Below are positions 20,508-31,381 of a stretch of DNA of 64,000 bases, one piece after another. The stretch comes from a virus. The position numbers and the translations under genes are program-made. The stretch lies in the IMG/VR virus record IMGVR_UViG_3300046168_000072, positions 57,276 through 121,275 of that record. One strand, 5' to 3'. The notes beneath the pieces are model-generated. The model was not told the origin of the DNA and made no database searches. It worked only from the letters and a program-made list of their open reading frames with translations. Within the stretch, counting starts at the first letter, position 1, and each line of letters starts with the position of its first letter.

Positions 20508-21422
20508 TTTATGAATGCCCTATACACTTCTTTGATTTCTTCTTGTAAATATTTTTTATAGCCATTCCACCAGCTTATGTTTTTATGCCTTAGTTCCTCT
20601 AGCTGTTTTTGGTTTGACGTATAATACTTTATTAATTCATAAGCTTCATTACTGCATTCAGCTTTCGGCCACTCAAAGCCTATGTCTCCTACGGTCATTA
20701 AAGGGTGATCTTCTCCGTACCAAGACTTGTATAGATCGTAATCTTGCAAATGGCTAAATTTTTGAATGATCGGTATTGCTCCAGCCTCTAAAGCTTCGTA
20801 TGTACGATAACATTCTAAATTAAAATTACCCCTAAAACTGGGAATAAAATGAGACTCAAGCATCAAGTCTCGATAATCTGCGACGTTTAAGCTTTCTGGA
20901 GCATCCCAAAAAGATATGTCATGAAGATGATACGGTGTTAGCTCTTCTAGTTTTGAGATCGTTTTTCGCCTACCTGATTTTTTTGCAGTTCCAGCAAAAG
21001 ACCAATTATATTTTCTAAAATTATTTGATTGCGCCAAAGATTTAGATTCTTTATTAAAAACCATCCCAGAATCCAGCTTTGTAACCAAGCGGAAACGTAA
21101 ATAAATTTTCTTGAGAGAAATCAGGGTTAAAATAGTTTCTAAAGATAAATTGGCAAGACTTTTCCATATAAACACTCAGGTCTTGTTTAGTAGGTAGATG
21201 TTCGTCTTTTAGGTTGATTAAAATAAAATCTATACCTTTGTTTAAATAAGGTCGAAACTTACATAACTGGGGATTATCTGTGACAATAATTGAATTTTCT
21301 CCGACAAAACCCCTCTCTCGATAAATGAACTCAAAGTCGGGCGAAGAGAAGAATATTTCTTTTAACCAATTAGACTCCCAGGTGGCATTAGTTTTGAGAA
21401 TAACATTAATTTGTTTCATCAC
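20504..21422 (-). CDS. Exostosin/GT47-like glycosyltransferase, frameshifted near 21060
   Basis: DEH, FRNY and PLGY in the N-part; RKYNWSFAG and GNFNLECYRTYEALEAGAIPI in the C-part. Confidence 0.72.
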
Positions 21423-22245
21423 CAGTATTAAACTTAAGAGTGTTTAGTCTCCATAGGTTTCTAAAATGCAAGATCATGGTTTGAGATAAATCAAAGCCTG
21501 ACCTCTTGTTGGTTAAATACTGTTTTTTTCCCTGCAATTATAAATGTTATTATCTATAACTGAATAATCAAGCCCATGAAGACTTTCTTGTATTTTTTTT
21601 AACTTTAGGATTGGGGTCTTTAATTTTTAACAACTTTAATAAATGATTGAGTTCCCCTTGGTCATCTGGTAATTTGTTTCCAAAAGTTTCACCTTTTTTA
21701 TGGCGCTCAATAAGCAAGTCTTTTTTTGCAAGCATACGCTCTAGCCACGTAGATAAAAGCTTAAATCCGAAGCCTCTTGATCCATTAACCGCAAAAAAGC
21801 CTGTGTTCAAAATGTCAGGATTATGGAACTCTCTAGATATCAGGAAATCCTTAGAACTTAATTCTTTGAAAATTTCAGGAAAAGGATAATTAACTTGGGT
21901 GTCACAATCAAGGAATACAGTTTTGTCATGAGGAGAATTATTCAAAGCATGAACCTTAGGAATAAAGCCCCAATCATTTTTAATTTCAATAACTATATCA
22001 ACATCTAAATAGTTTTCTAGCAAGTCTTCATAATCCGTAAATAATGTGACGGGTATTTCTGGGTGGTGCTTCTTAAAGCTCAAAAAGGAATGCATAAATT
22101 CAAGGTTAATCCTTTTATTGGAAGAGTTGAATTTAAATGGAGCGGGTGATTTTTCAGGATCAACCGCCACATAAACGACTCCCTTTTCTAAAAATAGACC
22201 GTCTTTATGCACTTTTGCTTTTGATTTGAGAATACTTATTTTCAT
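21406..22245 (-). CDS. Putative GT-A nucleotide-diphospho-sugar transferase, frameshifted near the C-terminus
   Basis: SPHDKTVFLDCDT, LNTGF and DDQGELN. The continuation IYNCR...MILHFR mirrors IYNLR...ILHMR of the paralogue at 19805-20507. Confidence 0.68.
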
Positions 22246-23915
22246 AAAAATCACTAATGCTTTCATCTAAATCTGATGGTTTGGCTAATGGATTTTTAAA
22301 CATTGAAATTTCTCTAATCAATAGTTCAGATATATGCAATGCCAAAAGAAATGGAGATTTTTCTTTATAAAAACTTTCGAATTTCGGGTTGCCGTTATTT
22401 ATTAATATAGTGAAGTCTGATATGTCATCTACTTTCGACATGGACTTTTTTTGCTCTTCTCCGAAATCGATAATTCGATACCTTAGTCTTTTGGACTTCT
22501 TAAGTTTTTGATTTCTGTATTTATTCCAGAGTGGTGGTATATTATTTTCAGGCTCAGGCTCCTCTTCCTCTTCTTCCTCTGGCTCTGGCTCAAAAGTCCA
22601 TTCTTTGTCGATTGTTAATTCTGCGAAGCGCTCTAATTGTTTACGTTCCTCCTCTTCTTCTGTCAGTCAAATCTTCATCATCGTCTTCTTCCTCTTCGTC
22701 TTCCTCTTCGTCTTCCCAGAGGTCCGAAAAATCTTCATCATCAAAGTATTCAGCAAGCATACTTGAAACCTCATTAGCGAGCGCATCAAGTATATTCATC
22801 TTTTCTTCTTGATTCAACTTGATATATTCAACAATCCATTCAATTATAACTTTATAAACTCGAGTATAAAAAGGTATCGTTACTGGGTGATCATTGCGCA
22901 AACCATGATGTGATAAATCTTTTGCAGGCATGCCAGTATTGTCCATAACTTCAGATAGTTCATCACAAGAAATAAATCCAATCAACTGATTAAACACATT
23001 ATAAATTTTATCTCTGTTTTCAATCTCTTCATTATTTTTAATTTCCAACCAATCCAAAGTTGAATCAAGCATATCTTGATCTGACAGATGGAATGGACAA
23101 ATCTTGACTTTTGAAATAATATCAATATTTTTAAGAGGATGGTTTTTGATAATGCCACGGTTATAAATTAGTGATAGTCTAAATTCAATATTTCCAGTTT
23201 TGGTTTCCCCGTAGTAATCATAATCAAATGTGCGACGGATAATTGGAATATTGGAACCAGGGAGTTTGTAGGAAAAATCTAAACTTTTGCCGTTTAAATA
23301 AATATTTAATTTTTTACCTTCTTTTTCTAGCTGCGGCAATAAAAACCCGAAAAATGTACAAAGCTCTCCTTTGATTGCGCCAGATGGCCAGCCATCTTTT
23401 TGAATGTTTTCTTTAAGTGTAACAATTGTTATTTTGGTACCTGATTCGGTTTCGATAGAACAATCTTCTGGGAGTATTTCTGTTAAAGAAGGGGAATATT
23501 CGTTTAAAAACTCGACCCCAGAAGGTTTATACTCAATTAAAAAACACTTGCCATGTACGTTTTTTGTTTCAATGGTCCAATGTATATTTGTTTCGTGCGA
23601 AAGTTTATCATTGGCTAATTTACCGCCAATTCCCATTTGACCGAGTTTTACGCCTGCACCCCCAGTCAAATCATAAGAATTACCGAAAACAAAATACTTT
23701 TCGAATCCACTCATACCATTCTCATCTTTTAAGTGATCAAATCCCTGCCCATCATCAATTATTATAGCGCTAGACTCATTAAAATCTATTTTGCAAAAAG
23801 TCGCAAAGTTTTGAATTGAATTTTTAACAAGCTCTGTAAAAGCTTGAGGTATATTAACAGTAGATTGCAAAAGTCTACTGAGATTTGCTCCTGTTTTAAT
23901 TTGTATATTTTCCAT
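22205..23915 (-). CDS. GHKL (HATPase_c_3/MORC-like) ATPase with acidic linker, frameshifted near 22655
   Basis: AFTELVKNS (N-box), DDGQGFD (G1), GQMGIGGK (G2) and GTKITI. After a shift, the D/E-rich linker continues into ORF 22205-22441. Confidence 0.8.
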
Positions 23916-23925
23916 AATAGCTATA

Positions 23926-24811
23926 TTACACTATATAATCCCAGCTAAAAGAATTTAATACCTCCAAGTTTTCTTTTTGAGGGGCACCTTGATTTCTCGG
24001 TAAATCCACAAAGCCATCATAATCTATATCATGACTATATTTAAAATGTAAATCAAATTCCGATAGGTTATATTTTTTATTAGACCAATGCTCTATCGAT
24101 TCTTTACATAAATCATTTAATTTAAAATGCAAAAAGCCTAAATCATTAAAGTCCATTTTAATAATTTTACATTTATTTTTTTTTAATGAATTTAGGGTGG
24201 TGCAAACTAATATTATTAATAAATTCATTGCAAGATGTCTTGTATATGTATTTATTTACAACATCAACCAAACCATCTAAACAATTTACTTTTTTAAGGT
24301 TTGGTGTCTTTGGGTTCAAAAAACAAGATTCCATAGCTTTCCATTTCATAATGCAAAAATCATAAGAACAAAAAACTTTAAGAACGTCTTTCAGTGATTT
24401 AAAATTTTTTGAATATAGATACTCGTCAAGATCTATGGTTGAGACCCAGTCAAAATCATGTGAAAAAACGTTTTTGAAGTTAAATAAAGCAGAGCCTTGG
24501 ATCTCTAACCAAGGTTGCATTGGATCTTTTGGGGATTCTGTTTTATTTTCCAATCTTGAAAAGATAACTTTATCTTTGTATTTTGTTTTTAGCCTCAAAT
24601 AAAAATCACAGATATCTTCTTCTTTTATATATTTTAACTCTGATATATTTATTCTCCTTTTGGTATCTTCATGTGGTTTTATAAGATTGTAATCGCTTGA
24701 TTCATATAAAAATATTTTATCAACACCAAAGTTTAAATGATGCTGAATCCATTCTTCTATATGGTAAATGGATTTTCTAAAAAAAAATGTAGAAGCTATC
24801 GCGGTTTTCAT
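23926..24811 (-). CDS. GT92/GT2-like glycosyltransferase, frameshifted at an A9 run near 24180
   Basis: HIEEWIQHHLNFGVDKIFLY and WVSTIDLDEYL. Confidence 0.75.
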
Positions 24812-25278
24812 TTTAAATACAAAAGTTCAGTTCTATTTTGTTTTACAAGTTTAGCCTTATCTTTCATGAATAATTCTATGTCTTTTTTATTTTGCTTGAA
24901 ATCTTTCACCTTTACTGGATTGATGGCTATACAGAAATGTTTGATTGTATACTTGGAGAAATCGATAGACTCTAAAACTTCAAGAGCAATATCAGGGTCA
25001 AGTATGGATAAAAAATCGATAGATGTTGGAGAATCAAATAAAGATTTGTAAACTTTGTGCCCCAAATATTTTTTACCCACAAATACATTGGAGTCTTTTG
25101 TGTTTTTGAATGGGCTAATTTCTAAGCATATTAAATCTTTTGCGAAGTTTGTTTCGCGCAAAAACCAACGGTCACTTAACCATTTACTTGTTGAGTTGAC
25201 GACTTCGTCGCTATCAAGCTTTATTAAATTAATGATATGCTTATTCGAACCCTCAAGATGTGATATTAAATTTTCCAT
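24808..25278 (-). CDS. Hypothetical protein, degenerate FkbM-like C-terminal region
   Basis: IDFLSI...EVLESIDFSKYTIKHFCI resembles the FkbM C-terminus, but the DxEG motif is missing. Confidence 0.4.
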   Translation of the reverse strand: MENLISHLEGSNKHIINLIKLDSDEVVNSTSKWLSDRWFLRETNFAKDLICLEISPFKNTKDSNVFVGKKYLGHKVYKSLFDSPTSIDFLSILDPDIALEVLESIDFSKYTIKHFCIAINPVKVKDFKQNKKDIELFMKDKAKLVKQNRTELLYLK

Positions 25279-26012
25279 TTTCGAGCTTTGATAAAAGAAT
25301 CTTTTTTGTATTCCGCTTCTTTTTTTGTGTTTGGGTGCCAGACGTATGTTTCTTCTTCTATTGGGCCACGTTTAACCAGTGGCTTGCTTAAAGCTAATAA
25401 CGAAAGCTCATTGTAATTATAGTCTTGATCGGCAGTATTATCTATAATTAATTCATCGCCAAGCTTATGGGGTTGAGGTGTCGGTTGATTATGTAGTAAA
25501 AATTGATTAAAGTTTTTCTGGTCAGAACCTTTAATTTCCCGTGTGTTTAAAAACCTATCAAGATAATTGATTGTTTTGTAATTGCTTCTGAAAAATACCC
25601 AGCCCATGCAACATGTAAAACCAAAAGCCTCACGAACTTCTGGTGGAAATGCCCCATTATGCCTTACGGTTGATACGATAATATCCTGGCCGTTAGCTTC
25701 AATCAAATCAGGTATAGGATTCTTTAGCCAAAGAGCATCCGTGTCAGAATGAATAATATCAAAACCATCCTCTAGATACTTTTTGAATATAAAAGTTCGA
25801 CGCATTGTATGCTTGCATCCAGAAATCCAATCGTCGCTAAATTCATCAAGAACTCTTGAATGACATCCGTGAGATTTTAAATATTCGTCAGACTCAGGAT
25901 CTAAACATAATACTTCATAATTGTCGATAGATAAAGCTTCTAGGTGCTTGACCCAATTAAGAGCTATCTCTCTGTAAGGATAATTGCAGAACGATATAAT
26001 TTTAAGATTCAT
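25266..26012 (-). CDS. Nucleotide-diphospho-sugar transferase (GT77-like)
   Basis: ALNWVKHL, IIHSDTDALWLKNP, CMGW and SDQKNFN. Confidence 0.8.
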   Translation of the reverse strand: MNLKIISFCNYPYREIALNWVKHLEALSIDNYEVLCLDPESDEYLKSHGCHSRVLDEFSDDWISGCKHTMRRTFIFKKYLEDGFDIIHSDTDALWLKNPIPDLIEANGQDIIVSTVRHNGAFPPEVREAFGFTCCMGWVFFRSNYKTINYLDRFLNTREIKGSDQKNFNQFLLHNQPTPQPHKLGDELIIDNTADQDYNYNELSLLALSKPLVKRGPIEEETYVWHPNTKKEAEYKKDSFIKARKWKI

Positions 26013-26640
26013 ATTCAAATAAGTCAAAGTCGTTTTTATAGTAGTTATACACTTTATCTTTTAACTCATCTGTCCATGAAGAGTTTACTTTAAACGTTCT
26101 AGAATTATATGCGTGAGGCAGTTGATATTCAAACATGTTTAAGTCTTCACATGCTTTTTTAAAGTCTTGGTTTAAGCTTTCAAACCGACCTGTAAAATCA
26201 CAAGTGAAATCGGAGCTGATTTTATCTGTAAAGTAATGGCCGCCATTTAATTGAGGAAAGAACTCGAATTGTGGCAATGTATGGTATTCATCATATTCAC
26301 TCCATAAATTTTGATGGTCTTTGCGATAATCAAGATCAGTAGTTAATAGCACATATTCTTCGAACGATACCGCGCGTTCTTTATTGTAAAAAGACAGGTC
26401 ACCTTCTTTTTCAAATTTAAGTTGCCCCCATTTCCAGGCAGAAACTAAACGATTATATGGATTGCGAACAAATGAAAATACATAATAATCAAGATGCTGA
26501 TTTAAAAACCTAGAGAAACCACGTTTTCTTAATACTTTCTGGGGTATATCTGGGTCAATTTCTCGTAAAAACCTTTCTACAGATGTGCCTGCAGCTTTTG
26601 GAATATGAATGAATATACATTTATGCTTGTGACTAATCAT
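26002..26640 (-). CDS. Sulfotransferase family 2
   Basis: FIHIPKAAGTS, FVRNPYNRLVSAW and GRFESL. Confidence 0.88.
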   Translation of the reverse strand: MISHKHKCIFIHIPKAAGTSVERFLREIDPDIPQKVLRKRGFSRFLNQHLDYYVFSFVRNPYNRLVSAWKWGQLKFEKEGDLSFYNKERAVSFEEYVLLTTDLDYRKDHQNLWSEYDEYHTLPQFEFFPQLNGGHYFTDKISSDFTCDFTGRFESLNQDFKKACEDLNMFEYQLPHAYNSRTFKVNSSWTDELKDKVYNYYKNDFDLFEYES

Positions 26641-27415
26641 TGCTAAACCTTTTTGTTTTGCGACCTCTCCAGTTTTTTCTACCCTCTCCCAGGTGAATCG
26701 CTTGAAAGCGTCTTGGAAAAACTTCTATTCCTGAATTTATGCGAGCGGTAATTTCGTCTGGATGCTTATCTTCTCTGCAAAATTGTTTTTTAAATTCTGT
26801 GTCTGGGTAGGCCGCAGTAATTGATCGTTTGAATAAGTATTTTGGATTATAAAGGTAACCTTGGAAATAACCGTCAAGCATATTGTTTCTATAGTATTTT
26901 TTCGCATTCTTGGAGTCAGTAAAATCGCCATACTTATCATAATCAATACGCCAACATCCGTATAAAGTATCATTTTTCAAAGTACAGTCATGAAGGTGTT
27001 GTTGAAAATCTTCTGGTATTAAAATATCACTATCAATAGAAATGACAAAGTCAGAGTTGGATAAATGATTTAATAATTTAGATTGAACAAATCTAATAGC
27101 ACCACCTTTATCAAAGGTAACTTTCTTATATTTTGGCGGCAATAACCTTAAGTTTGGATTATCATTAGTCAAAAAAGCGTCATCTCCAATAAAAGGCATT
27201 TGCTGGTGTTCTGGTAGGCATAAACCTGGAACCAAGGGGTAAAATACTAATTCAATATTATCTAAATTAAAATTATTAATCAATGCAATTGTGTCTTCGT
27301 CATCTTCCTGAGTAACAATATACCATTTTCGAAATAGAGTATGGTTTTTCTTTATAGAGAAATACAGAAAATCGCTATAATTTTTAGAAACTGTTATGCC
27401 GTAAATATTGTTCAT
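26633..27415 (-). CDS. Putative GT-A glycosyltransferase
   Basis: FDKGGAI, ISIDSDI, GYFQ and HLGE...NWRGR. Confidence 0.62.
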   Translation of the reverse strand: MNNIYGITVSKNYSDFLYFSIKKNHTLFRKWYIVTQEDDEDTIALINNFNLDNIELVFYPLVPGLCLPEHQQMPFIGDDAFLTNDNPNLRLLPPKYKKVTFDKGGAIRFVQSKLLNHLSNSDFVISIDSDILIPEDFQQHLHDCTLKNDTLYGCWRIDYDKYGDFTDSKNAKKYYRNNMLDGYFQGYLYNPKYLFKRSITAAYPDTEFKKQFCREDKHPDEITARINSGIEVFPRRFQAIHLGEGRKNWRGRKTKRFSND

Positions 27416-28308
27416 AAGCTATGATAAACCTCTGAGTGATAAAAATCATGTAAAAATTTATCGTAAGTAAATAGGTTTTTTGAATTTAATTGTTTTAAAT
27501 ATGAATTGGCTTCAATTAATTTATTGATAAATAAATCTTTACTTGAGAAAAAATAGTTTAATTCATCTGTGGATTTGTAAAATAATGGGTAAGACTCACC
27601 TAAGTACTCTTCTATTGGTTCTATTCGGTTTACAATAATAGGAGTTTCTGTTGTAATGCATTCAATAATCGTATTGCTGGCCGCACAGTCAAAATATTTT
27701 TGAAAAACAAAAGAAGATGTTAGCAATTTGTCATATTCTTTATCGTCAAATTCTCTTGAGCACGAATCAGGCCCAATCAAAATCTTATTTTTTATAAAAT
27801 TTGCAAAAGAGTATTGATTAAAAAAATCAATATTCCTATAATTAGAGCCAATATGCAAAGCAGAATAGTTGAAATTATTAATATTCCATTTTATATTGTA
27901 TTCTATCGGATGTAGTAAGTTTGAAATTGGCAGGCCTTTAAAGTCTGGCAAGCTTAAGTAATGTCTTTTTTGATAATTAGTTAGAGTGAAAATACCTTTA
28001 AGATTTTTAAGGCAAAGTTGTAGATCTGGATTATGAATATGATTTAATAGCGAAAAATTATATTCTGACCTCACCTGCTTTGGGGGCTCATGAATGAAGG
28101 CTACCCATGGGCATTTTTCATATATCTTCTTGCGATGAGAATCTTCTTTATACAAAAAAACTCTTTCAAAAAAAGGCTCTAAGAAAGCAGAGCCACTCAA
28201 ATTTGGGCAATGATTATTTAGCTCCTGTATAACGCGACGCCAGCCAAACCTGTGATGTGGATACAAGTTTAATGTTTCTTGTGGGATTTGTATTTTTGAA
28301 AAAAACAT
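27412..28308 (-). CDS. Hypothetical protein, GT-B-like
   Basis: HRFGW, WVAFIHEP and AASNTIIECI...PIIVNR...EYLGESYPLFY. Confidence 0.55.
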   Translation of the reverse strand: MFFSKIQIPQETLNLYPHHRFGWRRVIQELNNHCPNLSGSAFLEPFFERVFLYKEDSHRKKIYEKCPWVAFIHEPPKQVRSEYNFSLLNHIHNPDLQLCLKNLKGIFTLTNYQKRHYLSLPDFKGLPISNLLHPIEYNIKWNINNFNYSALHIGSNYRNIDFFNQYSFANFIKNKILIGPDSCSREFDDKEYDKLLTSSFVFQKYFDCAASNTIIECITTETPIIVNRIEPIEEYLGESYPLFYKSTDELNYFFSSKDLFINKLIEANSYLKQLNSKNLFTYDKFLHDFYHSEVYHSL

Positions 28309-29399
28309 TATCTTAAAAAGATATTCAAAAAACAATTATCCAAATAGGTTTGTTCTAAGTGGAGGGAATGCATTTGGTCATTGCGATGATTAAAGTCAAG
28401 CAAAGTTTGACTTGCCGCTTCAAATAGATTTTTGATATTTGATTTGCTTTTGATATTATCCCAGTCATCGATGAAGCCGTTATGTTTTAAAGAGGGGTTG
28501 ATGGTAATTCTTGGTTTGTTGTATATTGAGGATAAAATTCTTACGTGAAGACTAGTGCTTATAGTAAGGGCGGATTCTGAGATTAAATTACAAATGTCCC
28601 AAACATTAAGGCTGTTAAAAAAATGTAACCTTTTAGGAAGTTTTCCTTTAAAGCACTTTATGTATTGAGCTCGAGAGTCGTGAAAAGGAGCAGATCCAGC
28701 CATAAAAAAAACCACATCTAAATTATATTCCTTCGAAATCAGTATGATTTGATCAAAAATGCATGAAGCATTAGAAGCTAAAACCGCCGAATTTATTTGC
28801 ACCGCTAGATATTTAGAACCAAAACTTTGAGTGCGTTTCTTGGAAATAAGATTGTCAAAAAAATGTTTTGTTAAGACCGCGCAATCAGGAATATGTAAAC
28901 CGTGATCAATTTTATTATTAATTAAAATATCGAGAGAGCTTTTATCTCGAAAGGATAAGAAATCAAAATCCATTAAATTGACTACAGAGTCTTCGGTAAC
29001 TCCACCTATAGAATTCGCGACAAAAAGGCCTGGGTTCTTGAAGTCGCGCTTGCTTAAAAGATAAGGGAATTTTATGTTTTTACCATTAAGTTTTGATAAC
29101 TCTAAATTATGCTTAGAGCTACTAGAGTTGGGATTAAAACATTTTAATGCGGATTCTTTTTTTACATGCCCTACTTGTCCTCCAACATGAATTAAGTGAA
29201 CTGTTTCATCTGAGTCAAAAAAATCAGTTATCGAAAGAACCTTGTGGCCTTGGTATTGACGCATGTCTCGAGAAAAAATATCACAAACAAAAATTGGTAT
29301 ATTTACATCTTTCAGTAAATTACCGACAATATGCGGGAATAGCATATCGCCAAAATTATGTCTGCCAAAAGCGCCGTATAGTATAATTTTTTCGCTCAC
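28308..29399 (-). CDS. Polysaccharide pyruvyl transferase family protein
   Basis: GAFGRHNFGDMLFP, GGQV, SFRD, IPDCA and STSLHVRI. GTG start. Confidence 0.8.
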   Translation of the reverse strand: MSEKIILYGAFGRHNFGDMLFPHIVGNLLKDVNIPIFVCDIFSRDMRQYQGHKVLSITDFFDSDETVHLIHVGGQVGHVKKESALKCFNPNSSSSKHNLELSKLNGKNIKFPYLLSKRDFKNPGLFVANSIGGVTEDSVVNLMDFDFLSFRDKSSLDILINNKIDHGLHIPDCAVLTKHFFDNLISKKRTQSFGSKYLAVQINSAVLASNASCIFDQIILISKEYNLDVVFFMAGSAPFHDSRAQYIKCFKGKLPKRLHFFNSLNVWDICNLISESALTISTSLHVRILSSIYNKPRITINPSLKHNGFIDDWDNIKSKSNIKNLFEAASQTLLDFNHRNDQMHSLHLEQTYLDNCFLNIFLR

Positions 29400-30091
29400 T
29401 AATCAAGTATTGTTTTAATACGATCTCTATTTTGAATAATGACAGAATCTTTAACGCTTAAGCTATTGGAGTTTTGAGATCCAAACATACCGCACCTGTC
29501 ATTATAATAATAAGGTAATGTGAATATACTTACATCAGAACTTTCCCACGCAAGATGCCTAAATGAACCCTGGTCGTGCTCATGATCTACTAAATCGTTT
29601 TCGTATAAACGTTTCCATTCAGAAATAAAAGAATCTGTGGTTGTATTTTTTCGCCAATATATTACATCGCAATTCCACTCTCTAAAACAAGAGGGGGCAT
29701 TTGTTTTCATCTCGTGTTGATAAGGAGCATGGACCATCGCGAAATCATATTTACTTAATAGACTAAAAGGTTCTAGAACTTTTTCGTTTAAAGCATATGT
29801 ATCGCAACCAAGGTATAAATTATAATCATGATCTGTCTCCAGCATAGCCCGCATCTTGACAAGCATTTGACCTCTTTTATGAATACGATTTTTAAGTGTG
29901 TTTGGGACAATAAATTCAGTTGTATGAACTTTATCAAAGACTGAATCTATTTTTTGATTTGTATTTGTATAAAGTTCTACTGAAACATTTGGAATGTATT
30001 TTTTAAAGCTTTTTGCAGAAATAATTGATTCTTCAATATATTGACCGCCATCATGGTCTGAATTTACGTAAATTAATTTTACTTTATTCAT
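29399..30091 (-). CDS. Putative GT-A nucleotide-diphospho-sugar transferase
   Basis: SAKSFKKYIP, LYLGCD, EWNCDVI, HDQGSFR and LPYYYN. Confidence 0.65.
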   Translation of the reverse strand: MNKVKLIYVNSDHDGGQYIEESIISAKSFKKYIPNVSVELYTNTNQKIDSVFDKVHTTEFIVPNTLKNRIHKRGQMLVKMRAMLETDHDYNLYLGCDTYALNEKVLEPFSLLSKYDFAMVHAPYQHEMKTNAPSCFREWNCDVIYWRKNTTTDSFISEWKRLYENDLVDHEHDQGSFRHLAWESSDVSIFTLPYYYNDRCGMFGSQNSNSLSVKDSVIIQNRDRIKTILD

Positions 30092-30753
30092 TTATTATGA
30101 AATCCAATCATTTGCACATTATGTACTAAACCCCAATCTCCTAGTAATTCAATATCAAATCCTAATTGTTTAGCTAAATATTCATAAAATGAAATGTGTT
30201 GATGATACGGATCTTGAAGTAAATAAGTGTTTAGCTTAGTTTTTTTATCGTTAACATGACACAATGTATCCAAGGAAGGGCAGTCGAAGATTGTAAAATA
30301 AAATACCCCAGTTTTAGCCATGTGTTTTTTTGCTTTGATTAAGCATAATTGTATCAAATTCATCGGCAGGTGAGTGAATACAGAGTGCGCAAACATAAAA
30401 TCAAATTCAACATTAAACTTCTCAAATTCAAAAAAATCACTAGAAATAAAAGTTGGATTTTTACTTATTAATGAGTCATCACTAATTTCATGTTTAATTC
30501 CTAGATTTATTAAGGATTGATTAATATCTATGCCAAAATACCTTTCCTTATCCAGGAAAGGTATAGCTTTAGAGCCTAACCTTAGGCATCCGCAACCAAT
30601 GTCTAGTAATCTAGAAGAAGGAGTCATTCCTTGAGAGACTAAAAAATCAAACTGGAGTTTAGACATGCCGTCCCAATTTTTGCCTATGCCTTCTCGAGGT
30701 TTAGTATATTGTTGGTTTTTGTCGTATGGTAATTTTAATATTTTTTTATTCAT
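30088..30753 (-). CDS. Class I SAM-dependent methyltransferase
   Basis: LLDIGCGCLRLG, YFGIDIN and FAHSVFTHL. Confidence 0.88.
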   Translation of the reverse strand: MNKKILKLPYDKNQQYTKPREGIGKNWDGMSKLQFDFLVSQGMTPSSRLLDIGCGCLRLGSKAIPFLDKERYFGIDINQSLINLGIKHEISDDSLISKNPTFISSDFFEFEKFNVEFDFMFAHSVFTHLPMNLIQLCLIKAKKHMAKTGVFYFTIFDCPSLDTLCHVNDKKTKLNTYLLQDPYHQHISFYEYLAKQLGFDIELLGDWGLVHNVQMIGFHNK

Positions 30754-30758
30754 GTGAT

Positions 30759-31379
30759 TTATTCCCCAAATTTATATCCAAAATACTCGATGTCCTGTGC
30801 ATATTTTTCCGCAACAATTTCTCTGCTTTCATCATCGTAGTATTCGGTGTAATGTTTGTGGTTTGATTTGTTTTTGTGTGGAAGTTGTTGGCGAGGAATG
30901 CCGATTTTGTCGCAAACGATATCGAAATCTTCTTGTAAGTTCTCAAATCTTCCAATAAAGTTTAAATCTAATACACCATCAATAAGAAAATAATCAACTT
31001 GTGGAATAAAATGAGATTTTTGAAAATGAGTATAATCAGAAAATGATTTATTTGAGATCAAACGAACAAATGTACTAAAATCTAAATCCTTGGGATGAAC
31101 CATTCGATTTGGGTTAGGCTTCCACATAGCGGTGCCATGCTTCAAGAAAACAAACTCAGAAGCTATTTTTGACCAAGGGCTCCTTACAAAAGAAAATTTA
31201 AAAAAAGAATCATAACTCGAAACTGTTTCTTTATAATCGGAGGCTCGATAATGATCTATTTCCCTGTTTTTGTCATCTATGTATGGGGGGAGGACATTAT
31301 AGTTTAAAGCTTTATGAATTGAATGCCCAGCAGTTCTTGGGACATGAATAAATATGAACTTATGATTATTGTCGATCAT
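30759..31379 (-). CDS. Sulfotransferase family 2
   Basis: FIHVPRTAGHS, FVRSPWSKIAS and GRFENLQEDF...DIEYFGY. Confidence 0.88.
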   Translation of the reverse strand: MIDNNHKFIFIHVPRTAGHSIHKALNYNVLPPYIDDKNREIDHYRASDYKETVSSYDSFFKFSFVRSPWSKIASEFVFLKHGTAMWKPNPNRMVHPKDLDFSTFVRLISNKSFSDYTHFQKSHFIPQVDYFLIDGVLDLNFIGRFENLQEDFDIVCDKIGIPRQQLPHKNKSNHKHYTEYYDDESREIVAEKYAQDIEYFGYKFGE

Positions 31380-31381
31380 TT

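Noticed and set aside
22531-22812. Ser-rich plus-strand ORF
   Set aside because: Antisense of the acidic linker of the GHKL ATPase.
13660-26056. Extra GTGTA matches near the ends of two sulfotransferase genes (about 13690 and 26050)
   Set aside because: Both encode the conserved V-Y-N peptide, so protein constraint can explain them. They were not counted as promoter evidence.
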